Assembly (NCBI RefSeq): GCF_964355755.1
Contig: NC_092676.1
Coordinates: 253,788 to 317,787, forward strand
Direction: 5' to 3'
DNA: 64,000 nt
Source: Antedon mediterranea
Lineage: Eukaryota > Animalia > Echinodermata
Below are positions 63,666-64,000 of the stretch, piece after piece. The notes beneath the pieces were generated by a model. The model was not told the origin of the DNA. It ran no database searches and saw only the letters and a list, made by a program, of their open reading frames with translations. Position numbers and translations under genes: made by a program. The stretch's first letter is position 1. Every line of letters starts with the position of its first letter.

Positions 63666-63810
63666 AGCTCTGTCTACACTATCGAACTAGTTTGACAAAA
63701 AAGTGTGTTGTGCCTAAATATGGTACGGTAATGATATGCCTAAATATGGTAGTGATATGACATCATCGCATCACATTTTTTGTCACATAAAAAGGTTGAT
63801 AGTGTAGACC
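63666..63810. mobile_element. Harbinger-type MITE (family B)
   Basis: AGCTCTGTCTACACTATCGAACTAGTTTGAC...GGTTGATAGTGTAGACC. Confidence 0.75.
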
Positions 63811-64000
63811 GACAAAAAAACAACTACAATTGTTTTATCCTCTCACTCATTCTTCATTTCTAAATCATCTCTTTTTTAACTACTTTTCTCAACTATTTTC
63901 ACATAGTACTAGGAAGCAGAATAGATTGTCAGCAGGCCTACAGAAGATAGAAACCAATCTGTTTGTCTGCCGTCTGACTTCAACGGATTTTGTTTCTCAT

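Overview
AT-rich, intron-rich animal genomic DNA. It is not prokaryotic; an invertebrate deuterostome such as an echinoderm is my inference. By reading splice sites and phases by hand I reconstructed nine spliced protein-coding genes: ARL13B (+), a head-to-head pair of ELOVL4-type fatty-acid elongases (- and +), a 578-aa protein with an atypical STRA8-like bHLH (+), MED18 (+, with a U12-type last intron), a troponin-T-like coiled-coil protein fused to a LIM domain with a cluster of candidate microexons (+), a 128-aa acidic prothymosin-like protein (-), a tetraspanin with two candidate alternative first coding exons (-), and the 5' part of a Delta/Serrate-type Notch-ligand-like gene (+) that runs off the window. 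The non-coding DNA holds several non-autonomous DNA transposons (TA-, TWA- and TTAA-duplicating types), a LINE 3' end, minisatellites (62, 55, 36 and 20 bp), many local 40-110 bp duplications, and TAGGCCTA/CTAG-rich tracts near gene 5' ends. The strongest novelty candidates are the troponin T-LIM fusion, the invertebrate STRA8-like factor carrying EEIDVV and RxL motifs, and the prothymosin-like protein. All homology calls come from remembered family motifs, not database searches.
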